Assembly (NCBI GenBank): GCA_036172245.1 | Contig: JAYWIR010000027.1 | Coordinates: forward strand, 310,001 to 374,000 | Length of the DNA: 64,000 nucleotides | Origin: Raillietiella orientalis | Taxonomy: Eukaryota | Reading direction: 5' to 3' | In this document: positions 50,901 to 63,711 of the stretch, piece by piece | Layout: each line of letters opens with the position of its first letter | Numbering within the stretch: position 1 is the first letter of the stretch | Position numbers and translations under genes: made by a program | The notes under the pieces: model-generated | The model's input: the letters and a program-made list of their open reading frames with translations, nothing else | What the model was told of the DNA's origin: nothing | The model's database searches: none

Positions 50901-52470
50901 GCCAATCATCGCAGTCCGAAGTCTTCAGACAACTGCCAATATGCCCTTCTTCTTCGAAAGCCCCTGGACCTCTTGATGTCTTGATGTTCAGGCCATCCAC
51001 GATGATCACACTTTAGATACGGTCTTACGTTGAGCACTCTGAGGGTCTGCGTAGCTTTCATACACAGATGTCATCCAGCGTATGGTCTGCACACAATTAC
51101 CAGTAACAGATGAACTTCCTGACCAGGACATCTTGACTCCGGTAGGCCGGACTTCCCATGATACAAACTTTTCCAGGATAGTGTGCGCTACCTCGTTCTT
51201 GACGACTATTACCACCCTCTTCTTTCGCTTGTTTTTGGTGCTGAAGAACAGTATGTCGCCCAGTCTATTTTGGAGTTTCGACACTATCTTGAGGTTCATC
51301 ACGTAGGTTTTCTGGAGGCATACTATATGGACACTTTAGATGTCTGCGTGATCCTTCTCCTCTTTTCCTGGCTCCAGAATACGTTGATGTTCCAGGAAAG
51401 GAATCTTGAAATTCTGGCCTTCGACAGGGAAGGAGGCCATGGGGATTTTCTTAAAAATCTTTTTTTTTTTCTTCTTAGCTTCTGATTTGGAGTCCGTATT
51501 TGTCTCCTGGTATCTGCCTCCTCATGCTCCACACTGCTTTCAGACTTCCATGTGGTGTGTGTTATCTGCGATGGAGTGCTGTGCGTCTTAGCCAGGGAGT
51601 TCATCCGTCATCTTCTTCACCCTCAATGTAGTCTGCGTGAGTCCGCCTCGCTCACTGTTTCATCAAATTTCGCCTTTACGACAGTTCTTCAGCTTCACAT
51701 GGTGTTCGTCGCTGAAGATGCCATTCCTGAGGACTGCGTCTTGCATGTCACAAAGCGTTTTATTGCTCCTGGTCTCACGTCTTCACCAATCTGGGCTAAC
51801 TTCTGTTCGTACTCTTGTATTTGTTTCAGATTCTCGCGCTTCATCCGCCTTTCGTCGACGTGTGTGAGGGCTGTTGCTTTTCCCATTCCGTTTTCCTCTT
51901 GCTTTCTTCCTTCTAACTTCGATTTTCCCCAGGTCCCAATATGGGTGGGGTAAATTTATTTTTCAATTTTTGAACACATTCATACTACAATCACATTCAC
52001 CCACTATACTACTACTTTTCACTTGGAGGTCCTTGGGGATGTCGTAAGTTCTGCGTTCAAGGTGGGTTCCTCGGTGTTCGGTCGCGAGCGTCGTCCTCAA
52101 TCCTCTTCAGGATGAATCGGTACGTCCAGGCATGGAGTCGTCCACAGTTCCTGATGCCGATTTCCCTCTTGATGAGTCCTTGCAGGATCTCCATCGGGGT
52201 TGCGGCTTTCCTTCTAACTTCGAGGAATTCCACCTCTCTAGCAGCAGCTCTCTCCATTGCTGGTTTCTTGTTCTTCCTTGTTCCTGACACGCTCCTGTAT
52301 GCGATCGGCGGAAGTTCCCGAAGCGCAAGCCAATGGGTATATTTCCTGCATTTTCGTTTCGCATAGCTGGGCAACCTGTGGAAGAAACACTGCCGCGGTT
52401 GAGTGCACACCTGCAACGGGTTACCCTGCTGTCCACACTAATAGCATCTTCCCTTGGGGCAGAGTTCCCC
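47939..52470 (-). mobile_element. Near full-length decayed L1/Tx1-clade LINE (ORF1 zinc knuckles, APE, RT, C-terminus, 3' UTR)
   Basis: Knuckle CY*CGQQGNPLQVC (~52440); EN start RFLSWNIN and IVCLQ (51310-51410); RT WQPVFTLNVDDG*LTKIWTNCL...ISPTETCAVPG..SDN (49950-50090); C-terminus GIRNCSRVPAWIYPYILK; AATAAA plus terminal hairpin at 47939-47975. Confidence 0.85.
51923..52207 (-). mobile_element. 285-bp 5'-truncated 3' end of a related LINE inserted in ORF1 of the previous element, with a 16-bp TSD
   Basis: Perfect direct repeat TCGAAGTTAGAAGGAA at 52208-52223 and 51907-51922. Encodes GIRNCGRLHAWTYRFILK and ends AATAAA-hairpin-A4. Excision restores the frame EVEFLEVRRKKARGK. Confidence 0.85.
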
Positions 52471-52741
52471 AGTTACTACTATGCTCCGCGGAAAGTCAAT
52501 AAGTGTTCTATAAAAAATTATGAAAATTAGTGTATTTTAAATGCTATCAAGGTTATTTTACAATTTTCATGTGTTTTTACTTGCTTAATTTACTTAGTAT
52601 TACTATCTACTGACCCTATACAATAAACAAGGTATTCCGTTAAAATTTCAGGATTTGTGAAGTGTTCCGTCATAGGAAAAGTTTGGGAAACGCTTCCTTA
52701 AGGAGAGAAAGTGCCGACCCTGTGGCCAAACACCTTGAAAC

Positions 52742-53634
52742 CTATGCAGAGCACGACTGTCTGTATCTTATAAGAACTTCCTGGAAGTGGGCGTCGATGT
52801 GCGTCACCTCAGGGATCTTGGCTCCCTCATGTAGCTTCATCTTGACAACTCTTGTCTTTCCGGAGATTTTCTGCATGTGGTTTCCAAACGCCACATGTTT
52901 AACCTCCCGTATTGAAACTGGAAGTCCGCAAGGTCTTCCTAGTATCATGGAGGCTATCAAAAACATCGTCATGGAAAAGGCTTCCCCAATGTCACGCAGC
53001 AGGCGCCCGTTCAAGTTCATCCATGAGCGCATCCGCAAGTTGTTCACCAGTGGGCGATGAATCCACTGGCTCACGTATCGCTCATATTAGTTCAAGCTTA
53101 CGTTTCGTCTGTATGGAGCAGGTATACAACCTTGACATTTCCGATCCGGGTGGCTCCGATAGTGAGGGTCGTCGCCTTGAGCTCCGGGTCGACTTTAGTA
53201 ATGGGTTCGTCTTAATCAGTCGCCAAAATGTCAGGTTTCAAAGCTGAACGCTTCGTTATTCGTGAGACACCCTCTTTATTTCCAGGCACTACAACCGCGT
53301 ACGTCGTTTTTGTGGACACCGCCACCATCGCGTAGGATGCTCACGGCACTGCTGCCGACGCTGGCGCGGTCACCTCCAGTAGGGCGGCTGACTGAGGCTG
53401 GCACGCTTCCAGACCACTGATAGGTCGTGTCCCGCAGAGAAGGGCAATCTGGTTTAACATCACATGGTTCAATTCCAAAACATCGGTTACAACACTCAGC
53501 ATGCCTTCGTTTATATCTTGGACGGCAGAAACTTGTCCATTGCAAGAACCGCTGGAGGCTATCAAAACACCTTGTGTTAATGATGTCAGCAGCCAAGAAA
53601 CTTCGGAATCCGTCGTGCTTGTGGAATTATTCAA
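52742..53634 (-). pseudogene. Disrupted ORF, possibly DUF4806/BEN-like transposon accessory protein
   Basis: CpG-rich coding-like island in AT-rich DNA, with a helical N-terminal segment and a C-terminal RLLRDIGEAFS...SMILGR...KHVAF...IDAHFQEVLIRYR pattern. Several stops. Confidence 0.25.
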
Positions 53635-54632
53635 TGCAAATTATTCAGTTCCAAGTTATGTCTCCATTAAGATGGTACACTTACATAATGTTACGATTGC
53701 ACAACCCCCCTCCCCCTTCACAAAGCATAATGTAAAACGATGTCCCCTTTGCTGATGGGAGGTCAAAAATTCAATCACTAAACAATCATAGTAGTATAAT
53801 GTAGCCTTGAACAGTTAGTAAACGTAATTTTAATTGCCAGAAAATTATGCCACCTTTTGTGCATTGGCATTCAAAAGATATCCACAGTTTATTCTTGCTT
53901 CACCTAATCTTATTTATTGTACTTTACAAAAGTTGTTAGAGAACTGAACCAAATGAAAATTACATTTCGTTAAATGAAAGGAATGATTTTCTTTTAAATT
54001 CACTTAAACATCAGATCTGCACATCGGATTGAACTGTTTTGATGATGTCGATTCAAATTTCAAGCAATGGCTGTATTTTGCCTGGACCCGTTCAAGTGGC
54101 AGCTCCAACAGTGATAAATTCTGGTACATTCAATTTGTTGACAAATTAATAAACCTGAATGTGATGGCAAAAAAATAACAGTTCTCAGTAGCTACTTCAG
54201 ATGGCCATCCGAACAAGTAACATGGTGATGGCAATACAAGTACATGTATCAACGATTTATGCAATTAAATCTGTCACATTTACAAGGTAGGTTTTAGATT
54301 CCCAGTGACAAAATTTGAAATACTTAGGTATTTAGAATCATAAAGATGGCAAAAGCAGATGGAACCCACAAAGAAAAATTTGAAAGTAATCTTCACCATT
54401 GGTTGGAGAAAACCTGCTTGTGTGTCTGTGCTTCCATTGAAGTACTTGGATAATGTATTTCCAAAGAAAGAAAACGAAAATACTAAGAATCATAAATTTT
54501 AAGAACATTGTGAGCTCTGAAATGAGCAATTTTGTTTACAGCATGCTTGTGCACAAACCTAAAATGAAATTTTTCAAGGCTTCATTTTGTTTATGCATAT
54601 CAAGTCAATGTGCCACTTCATTTCCATTCCAG

Positions 54633-55347
54633 TCAAAGAGAATCCACTATATTGCACATCAATCTATCAAGGGAATAACATGAATCAGATAATTTTTCTT
54701 TAGGTTTGGCATCTGAATTTGAAAGTGTTTCCATAGGGATGGTCAGTTTTGTGTCTAAGCTACACTCATCTGGTAAACTGGCCAAAGCTTGCTGCAAAAT
54801 TTCTTGGACCAAATCCAAATGCTGGGTAAATTTCTCTTGAATTTCCAACCGCTGATGTTTCTGTGCTTCCAGCATGAAACGCAAAGACTCTCTCGCTTGA
54901 TGAGGCCGAAATTCATTTATCAGATGATGCATATGGATAAATAACAAACTAATATCCTCCAACTTCTCTTCTCTTTTGTGGGAATCCGGTGCTTTGATTA
55001 ATATATCAAGCAGATCCAAAAAATTCATTAGCACAGAATAATTTAGCTTTTTCAATTCTTTCTTGTGATCAAAATTCTGTGGATACAATCTTCGGATATT
55101 CTAGTTTAAAAAAAAAAACAAAAAAATCAAATAAACTTTGTTTAAATTTCTGTTTTAAAACCTGGCTTTCCAATGGTCTGATTATAACATCATCAACATG
55201 AAATGGAACACCAAACATAGTATATGTATCATGAAGTGCCTCTGGTGGTTTAGGAACACGATCTTTCCTAACATTTTCGTCTGTATACACTTTGATATAG
55301 TGCATTGGTGGTAAAGGCAAAGAACTAACTTGGGTGGTTTCTGCCAT
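54633..55347 (-). CDS. MED7: Mediator subunit 7; join(55347-55162, 55100-54633), 217 aa
   Basis: [83 protein letters not shown]. One 61-bp GT-AG phase-0 intron. An acceptor (tttcag) 3 nt before the ATG suggests a 5' UTR intron. Confidence 0.98.
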
Positions 55348-58300
55348 TATCTGAAATACAATTCTAAATTCATAATGTGGAAAACTGCATTTAGAAAATA
55401 TATTTGGTATATATGCTACACTGTGTTTTCAGAATATCTAGAAATTTCACTTTTGTGCATTCTGAAACAAATTATTCGGAATTATATAAAACTATCTGAT
55501 TTCAAGCTACAAGCCCAAAATGATGCTCTTGAAATTCTACGTAAGTTTCACATTCTTAACTTTCATTCACGCCAATTCGATCCATCATAGTTGACCCATT
55601 TCACATTACGTTATTTTAACACAAATGTAACCACATTGGTATCACCACACTCATCCATTAACGACAGATTGGAAGTGCATGGTGAAAATCAATTCATTCT
55701 GCAATTTCTATATGACGGGCGTACCACCGATCCATGGCAAACCGAGATTCCTCGTGAACATCTTACCGTAATATCCAAACTTTTATATTCCAATCAAACA
55801 GGAAAAACTCTTCATGTTAAGCTATGCTTGCAGCATGACACAATGGAAACACACAATCACGATATGGATGTGTGACAGTTTTCCGATAAAAAGAAACATG
55901 CATCTGAGGCCACAGAAACGAGCAGCCACAACAGCACTGTCACTGATCAATTTTGAGAAGTGTTACAAATTTAAAGCAACCCTGCGTTGCAGCACTCACA
56001 TGTTAACTAGCCCACGGCACCGTTCACTCAAGACTGTAACTGTAGTAGGATTACCAAGTTTTTTTAATCATCTGGAGACCTAAATTGGATTAGATTTAGA
56101 TTTAAATTCAATCTAGATTCTTACCTAAGAGACTAACAATACGAGTAGGAAAATTAAACAGGAAAACACAGATTTAAAAAAAAATTAGAAAGAAAATTCT
56201 GGAATGTTCTTTAAAAGGGAAACAAATTTCCTTTTCTTTTCAAAAGAATCAAGTTTACTCTTTTCCCATCTCACGGAGTTTTACATCCGAATACTCCTTT
56301 TTTGATTAGCACCATCTATGGAATATATCTTATTTATTATTGAGGAAATTAAAATATTTAAAAAATATAGTTCTTGAAGATCTTTTAGAGTGAGAAATTC
56401 CTAAGCATAAAACTTTTCAGTCATCAAACTCTCGTAACAAGATGGATCGAGACCCGAACAATCGAATCTAAAACAATTTTAAGAAGACTTTAGCTAGATT
56501 CTTCAACTTTGAGAGCTCAGAATAATAGTCTCACAAATTATGATAAAAACCACTTGAATTGGATTTGAAAAACTTTGATATGAATGACGATAATGTCGAT
56601 CGATTTTGACAAAAATGATTACCGTGACTGATCAAAACATTTTTTGGAATCTACATATCATCTTGAGCACAATAAAAATCCATAGTTTCGAAGAAGTATT
56701 AAACACATAGAGTGCAGGGAACAGATTTATTTCAGTAGACTGTGCCATTTTTTGTATTCGGGAGGTTAGATGATTTCCATGAGTAGATTATGATTTCCAA
56801 ATGAAAGTCAAATTCATTAACCAGAGAAAGATATATTGGATCTCGTCTCGAGAGTTAGAAATGTGAATAGGAATATTGAGAACCTGCAAGCAATCTTAAT
56901 AAACGAATATCAATTGACTCCAGATTAGACAGAAATCGAAAATCTATCATGCTTTGAGATTCTTTTGTTGTAAAGTTTAAACCATGTTTAGGAACTGGTA
57001 CAAGCCAAGTGTATCGCTCCCACTAGAAATTCTGGAATCCTAGATGTTGTTTCTTCCTTTATGGTTTCCTAAGTGAAAGATGTGCAGGTTGATTCTCATT
57101 TTGAAAAGCCCAGAAAAATGCGTAAAGTCTGAACCTTTCTGGATTTCTTAATCCTTTATATTGAATACGAACTTTTATTCATGATTCTGCATCTCTTTGA
57201 TTCGTAGAGAAACCGTGTTATCTTCTGTATGCATGATATTACCCTTTCAAAAGTTATAAGCTTATGAGTTTGCTCAGTTTTAAACCTTTTTCCCTTTGGG
57301 CTGTTCTGCGTCACTCAGTCACTTGAACGTTAAAAAGAGTGTTTACTGCTTTCTGATGAACTAAAAACAAAATGAAGATATTGCTTTTGAATAGAAAAAA
57401 ACTGTTTTTGATCATTTTTTTTTTCATCAAGTGCTTCTTTCTTTACTATTGTCGGATTATATCTCTTTACAATAAATCTTGACATGAATTATTTCTATCA
57501 CTAGGTCAACACAGACTAATGATTAATTCATATTTCATTCTTTTAAATTTCAACACTTTAGTTGAGGCTAAATTCAAAATACTGGCTGCATCAACAGCAT
57601 ATTTTCATTATCCTTTATTTTAAGTGTTTTGTAAATGAAACAAAAACAATTTCTAGTTCAAAATTTTTCCTTTTTAACTAAAAGGAAAAAAGTGTCTCTC
57701 ACTGAGGGCATTTTTTACTTATAAATGTCAATGATAAATTAAAACCAAATTTTTTGTTTTAGTGTGCTTTTCTTATATTTGTTGAAAATTGAATAACTTT
57801 AAAGCAAATCCAATCAAGTATCAGCCCATGTTTAACACTAGATCAAACTAAAAGCTCTTTTCTGCATGGAAAATGAATTATTCTGAAAATTCACCATTGG
57901 AATTCAAATTCATTCTGAAAAGAAATATTTTTCTATAAAATCAAGTTTACTCCTGAGTTATGAAATTCAGCCTACAGAGCAAGATCTTTTGAATATGCAG
58001 TGTTCAGCCTTTGTTTGCATAATAGTCATTTTTAACTTCTATAGTGTTCTTCAGAAATTTTAATCTCCAAGTTTCCACTGCCCTCGAACGATGGAGTACG
58101 AAGGTTTTTGAATTTATGCTAAGCCTAGCCAGAAATGTCTCTTCCCTTCTGACTATTCCCTTAATAAAAACAATATGAATAAACCAATGATTCATGATGA
58201 TATCGATCACTCATCGGTCACGGTATTTTTTTTCTGCAGCCAAGGATCGAACGAGCACTCAAGATTTAATCGAAAATGTCTGCAACAGCAAGGACGTTGT

Positions 58301-59384
58301 GGTCCTTCACATAGGTTTTTGTGTAAGTGCCCCGGGTGCTGGCTGCCCTTTGCCATTCATGAACTTCTGTGTGATTCCACCGTGCCGATTTGCAGAGAAA
58401 GTCCTTAATGGCTCCGCGTCGAGGGGAGAGAGTGGAAGAAGAAGCATGCTCCGAGACATTTTCCTGAGGTCTTTGAAGTTTTGAATCCATTATATCGGCA
58501 AACATCAATTTCAGCGTGAAAAATAAGTTGAATCTTTTACCAAAAAGAAATCTTTCAGGACTAATTTGAACCACATCGTACAACAAAACAAACGAAACAC
58601 TTTGAGAAAAGCAGAAATAAGATGCAGTCAAGACCTACCAACCGAGAGTTGCTTTTAGTTTCATGAGAAGGAATCCTTATCAATTGGATCAGGGCTTTTC
58701 CTTCTCCACTCAACGGTTCTCGAAGTGAAATTCACATTTCATGAGTATCACGAATTTTGGAGGCAATGATTTCGGCTAGAAGCACCGAATGCTGGAAACA
58801 AGGAAATCGAAGACTGCCATCCAGACAGATACCTCCCTAGACACCATACCGAAGCCCATTTCCTTCCGATGGGACCTTCAGTACCTCCTCGCGAACCTTT
58901 GCCCTTTGGCTTTCATTACAACTCTGGGACTCCCTATCTCTCAATGGGGGAACTGGGGTTGTTGGTAGACTCTCGAATGTCCTCGATACGAACAAAGGTC
59001 TGCTTCAAATTAGACAAGTAGGTGTGAATACGAAGTCCAAGAAGTATCAACCATTCGAGCTTTGAAATCGATTGCAATGCTTGTTCGGCTATGTGACTCT
59101 GCAGGACAACAAATCGGATAGCCTTGGAATCCATCAGGCCAACTTTTTTTGCACTCTGGCTTCATATTCCTCATGATGATGATGCGATCTTCACATTTCA
59201 ACTGCATTAAGAAAAACACAATGGCAAAGCTAAGGATCCGAGTAAGATGGCTGTCTGTCATGTCTCGACTGAACAAAGGACACACGGAATTCGATGACCT
59301 GGAGAAGTTCCCATGTATTAAATTCAGCTTCTTGTTTTTTGTATACCTGATCTCCCCTTCCCCTCCTCTTCTTACAACTGTTAT

Positions 59385-59716
59385 TACAAGGTGCATTTCG
59401 AAAGGAAGGGCCCATCGGATATAAAGGAAGAACAAATAAGAGAAACAAAAATGTCTTCGTGGTTCTAAACACGTACATTCTTATGTCATTTTTCTACGTA
59501 GTTACTACTAACTTCCAGGCGGCGGAAATTTATGCAAAGGGTTCCCCAGAAAAAAGCCTGCTCCATGGTATCTAAAGTGTTTGGAAAAAAATGACATAAC
59601 TACGTACAAAAATGACACGAGGATGTACGTGTTTGGAACCACCAATGCATTTTCGTTTCTCTTATTTATTCTTTCTCCATATCCTATCGGCTCTTGCTTT
59701 TGAAATGCGCTTCGTA
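59385..59716. mobile_element. Short fold-back mariner MITE of the same family as 15537-16436
   Basis: Ends are TA-CAAGGTGCATTTC...GAAATGCGCTTCG-TA. Inverted arms (~59387-59504 and 59597-59714) carry the same GGTTC(C/T)AAACACGTACAT and TTTT(C/G)TACGTAGT motifs as the first copy. Confidence 0.85.
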
Positions 59717-61927
59717 AAATGAGAGACTCCTGGATTCAGGTATAGCAGAACGGGAAGAGCTGGGTGGGTGGGAGCGAGCATGTTTTGAGTTGACTGCAGT
59801 CAGAAGAGTCTTGCGATTCTAGCGAAAACGCAGATGGCAAGCCCTAGGGTGAACTTTTGTTCGGTGCAAGTTCCTGAAAGTAGTAGTTTGATCCCTCAAT
59901 TGCCGTACCGTTCCGGACGAGCTGATTAAAAAGTTGGGTAGCCCATCTTGAGCTCTCTGGATTCTTATCGGCCATCGTAGGCGGCATACACGGCTACACT
60001 AAAATGAGGTAGCGGAAGGAACGTGAATGGGAGAACAAGAATCAGGAAAATGTTCCTTGGAAGACGCAAAAAGGCCACTATTCTTTCTCCTACTATTCTT
60101 TGCGCAAAATGATCGTAGCAATGGAAGAATTCCAAAACAAGTAGCCTCTGAAAGAGCTTCTGGAAGGCTAGTTGTCCTTCTGTGCAGTTCAAAACCATCT
60201 GTGGAACTGGAATCAATAAAAAAAAAAAAAAAAAGAGAGATGAGCCCAATCGACTTTTGTATAGGGAGATCCTTGGTACCAAAACGAGAACTGTGGTGGA
60301 TGCAAATCATGTTATCCCATTTTTCGTCACCAAGCATTTTTTTTTTTTTTTTGCTTCAGTCTGTTTTGCAACACTCCAGGCTTTTTTCGTATAGGATAAA
60401 AATTAAAACATCCGGAATATCCAAGAGATCACTGAAAGCCATCGAGAGTCACAAATGCAACGGAGAAAGTTTCTACAACCATGCCCAGAACAGCAGTTAA
60501 ATTCATCGCACTTTCCAAGGAAACGACGACTCTAATGGGGTGAGTCTGAAATTCTTCTATCAGATCTCGATCTCATCGCTATCGCATGGAATACGAAGAA
60601 ACCAGAACTCTCAATTTTTTCTCACACTAGAGAAAACACATTAACACTAGAGGACAAACACGGGGGAAGCATTACCTAAGGAAGGAAACATAAAGCAAAC
60701 AACTCAAATGGAAATTCATTTTTGGGAAACGTTCAAGGAGGAAAGGGGACGATCACAAGCGGAAAACAGAAAGCTCGAGGGGGTTAAGGGGTCGAAAGAA
60801 GCATTCATATGGGGCTGATCTCCAAGATCCAACCAGCAAAAGTAGAAAGAACACGGGTGGAGAATATTTCAATATTTCAAAATACAATGTGAAGCTCTTG
60901 AACACCAAGAAACATAGATTTCTGTATTGGAATGTGTTCCGTAGGCACCACTGCATTCAACCAAAAGATAGCAAAGTGCCGCAAATAACGGAGCAAATGT
61001 CCAGAAATTTCATCCTTCGTTGCTCTTGAAGTGACTAAAAGACCATCAGAATGATACGAAGATCAAGGAGCTTAGAGCTGCTTCGTTTGTACAGCCACGA
61101 AGAACAATGTGCTGAATGAAATGGTTTCAAAGAATGAAAGCGAGGAATTCCTCGAAATACCCATTTCTACCAAACAGATGAACCAGCTGAGCTACTCGTT
61201 CATGTACATCATTAAAATGCATTAAAGTGGAACTTAGGAACACATATTTATCTTTGTATCCATATCCACATATATATATCTATGTATATTGTGTATACAT
61301 ACCTATCCATGTATATTGCATACATAAGTTAGCTGCAAGTAATGAAGAATACAGATTAAGTGCATACAGATCGCATTTTGCAATGAAAGAAAGCATAAGG
61401 TGAATCAGTTTTCAGCATAAATTCAACATGCATTTACCTCATTAATTAACTTGCAATTGTACGTCTGCATCATGAAGAATCAACAGCCTGCTTGCAACTC
61501 GAGAATTAGCAGACCTGCATGGATGCTGGATCTTTATGCAAGCGCAAGGAGGCTACAGCGGGAGGTGCATGCAAGGGCTGGCAAGCTCTCCGTGTGCAGT
61601 TGGTCTATAATAGGGTCACTAAGGTGTGTGCACCAACATCATTATACACAAACAAATACCACAATAAGAAATCACCAGCCCTTCTTTCTCCACTCCCACA
61701 GACCCTGACCCATCCTCACCTCTCTTTCACTCCCATCGAGAACCCTCTCCCTAACATGCCTCATACACAACATCTACCCACCCCTCATCCTATGCATCAC
61801 AACCATAATCTTAAATAGACTCCTCTGGGGGAAAGACATAAAGCGAGAATCCTCATTTACCGGTATCCTATCAATAAAAATAATAAAAATATTTAAATTT
61901 GCAATAATCATATTTATGATCTCAGAA

Positions 61928-62570
61928 ATTTTTTTATTCGTTTCCTTCTTTTGATCATTCTTCCATGCTAGATTAAGACTCAATCCACAATTCAGATTTT
62001 CCTGACCCCCATCTAATCTTGCCTTACCATCCGCCATAGAAGTACCTCCATTTAATACCATTCCGCGCTGCATGAGGAAGGAGCACCAAATGCGGTCCCA
62101 TGACTAAGAACTAGAAGCCTGACTGTAGGTAGCGAACAAGGACACCTGGAAGCAGACCTCCAGAAAGCTGAAGGATGAAGTGGATCTGCAAAGTAAGGGG
62201 AAATGGATGGAGTGGATACCAAACCCCAACTTAGTGCCCATACCGGCTCTAAGGACGAAGAATGGCAGCAGCCAGCCGGCGGGTCAGGAACCCTCCTGAG
62301 CCACTGCGCGAGGGATCCCTTCGGTGGCAAGAACTGTTGGGTGTGGCTCCCGAAGAAAACTTGCGGTCTCTCCTTTGTGAGCGGACAAGCGTGTCGATGG
62401 AACGCGAAAGCGAGCCTAAAGGAAGAGTCCCAGAGATCCAGGAACGCTGCCACGGTCAACAGGATCTTAGCACCGTTGTTTCCAATGCGGATTTCTAGAG
62501 TGCAGTTTCCAGGGAGCGTATTAGCCACAGAGGCTAAGGAAGTTGCATCGCCATGGAGTAAGTGATGGCC
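61928..62570 (-). mobile_element. Possible LINE 3' remnant
   Basis: KILLTVAAFLDLWDSSFRLAF resembles the post-zinc-finger IWxxR helix; ends AATAAAAAAA near 61930. Confidence 0.3.
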
Positions 62571-63356
62571 AGAGATGCTGCGCCTATTTTGGTTTTCGTG
62601 AACGTTCAGCTCAATAGTTCATGCGTGGTGCCATTGTGATGTGTGAAGCCCACGAAGACACGCACTATCGTTCGACCAGAAATGAAATTTCATTGGGATT
62701 CTGGTGTTCTCGATTGAAGGAAAAATCCGAGATGCGCTTAGTGTAGAAAAACGCGCTGCTAATTGAGAGGTGCGTGCTTATGCAAAGGAAAGGGGGGGGG
62801 GGGTCTGAAGCACGTGCTGCAGGTTACGGTGGCACATGCAGTCCTAATGTGAAGGACACGGCTTTCAAAGATGGGAGGGGAGGGTAGTTAAGAGTGAGCT
62901 TTTCTCTAAATATTAGATACTGGAGGAATTTATTCCGAACCCCTCCAGGATAAATTGTCGAGCAGATCTAGAAGATCCAGTTTTTCTCTTTCTTCCAATG
63001 ATGGATGACAGATCAATGCGGGATCAGGATTCAGGAGTATCTCGTTTCGTTCCGTGAAAGCAATGGTTAAAAGCGCCTCCTTTGCGAAGCTGGATCAACA
63101 ATCGTTACGATAGCAACTCCCACAAGGACTGCACGTTTTTTTTTTTCTGTCCTGTCGTAATCAGAATGCAACAATTGAGAGAGAGGGAAGGGAAAAAAGC
63201 AGGCACGCATGATCACTGTGCTGAGGTTTCCACGGAAACCGGGATCCTATTATGTCCACAAACATTCCGTCTCTTAGAAACCATTACGCGATGGCACGAC
63301 TGCGTACGTGCAAGGTTATCACAGACAGCAGGCAGAGCTTGGCCTTTTTATCCTTA

Positions 63357-63711
63357 CCATCAAATAGCAAAGCATTTCGTACTTCAGCGACATCCATCAA
63401 CGCTTTCCCTTAATCCCGCAATGCACGATTCGCCATTGCCACTTTGCTTCTTCGGGAGGAGATCGGAGATCCTTCTGCACTCCAAGCTGATGGCATTTTC
63501 AAGGTTAAAAACCAAAAATCCTCCAGGCAGTGCACTTTTAACCGAGACGAGGGAAGACGAAGAAAAGAAAAGAAAGAAAGAAATCCGATTCCGTCTCGAG
63601 AAAACTATCCTGCTTGCGGTGGGATGTTGCATCTTTGAGGAGGCAGTCCATGTCCATGCCTGGCATTGCTGCAAGGGTGCGTAGAGTGCGAAATGCTGTG
63701 CTATCTGATGG
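63357..63711. repeat. Two related LINE-like fragments in inverted orientation
   Basis: CCATCAAATAGCAAAGCATTTCGTACT (63357-63383) matches the reverse complement of 63685-63711 at 24/27. KWQWRIVHCG (zf-RVT-like) lies on the minus strand nearby. Confidence 0.4.

Noticed and set aside
54015..54178. Exon-like + strand frame DLHIGLNCFDDV...
   Set aside because: Short, with no partner exons or homology; it may be MED7 3' flank.
56100..57200. AT-rich coding-like decayed sequence (similar stretches at 12000-12950 and 41100-42260)
   Set aside because: Stops in all frames and no motif I can name.
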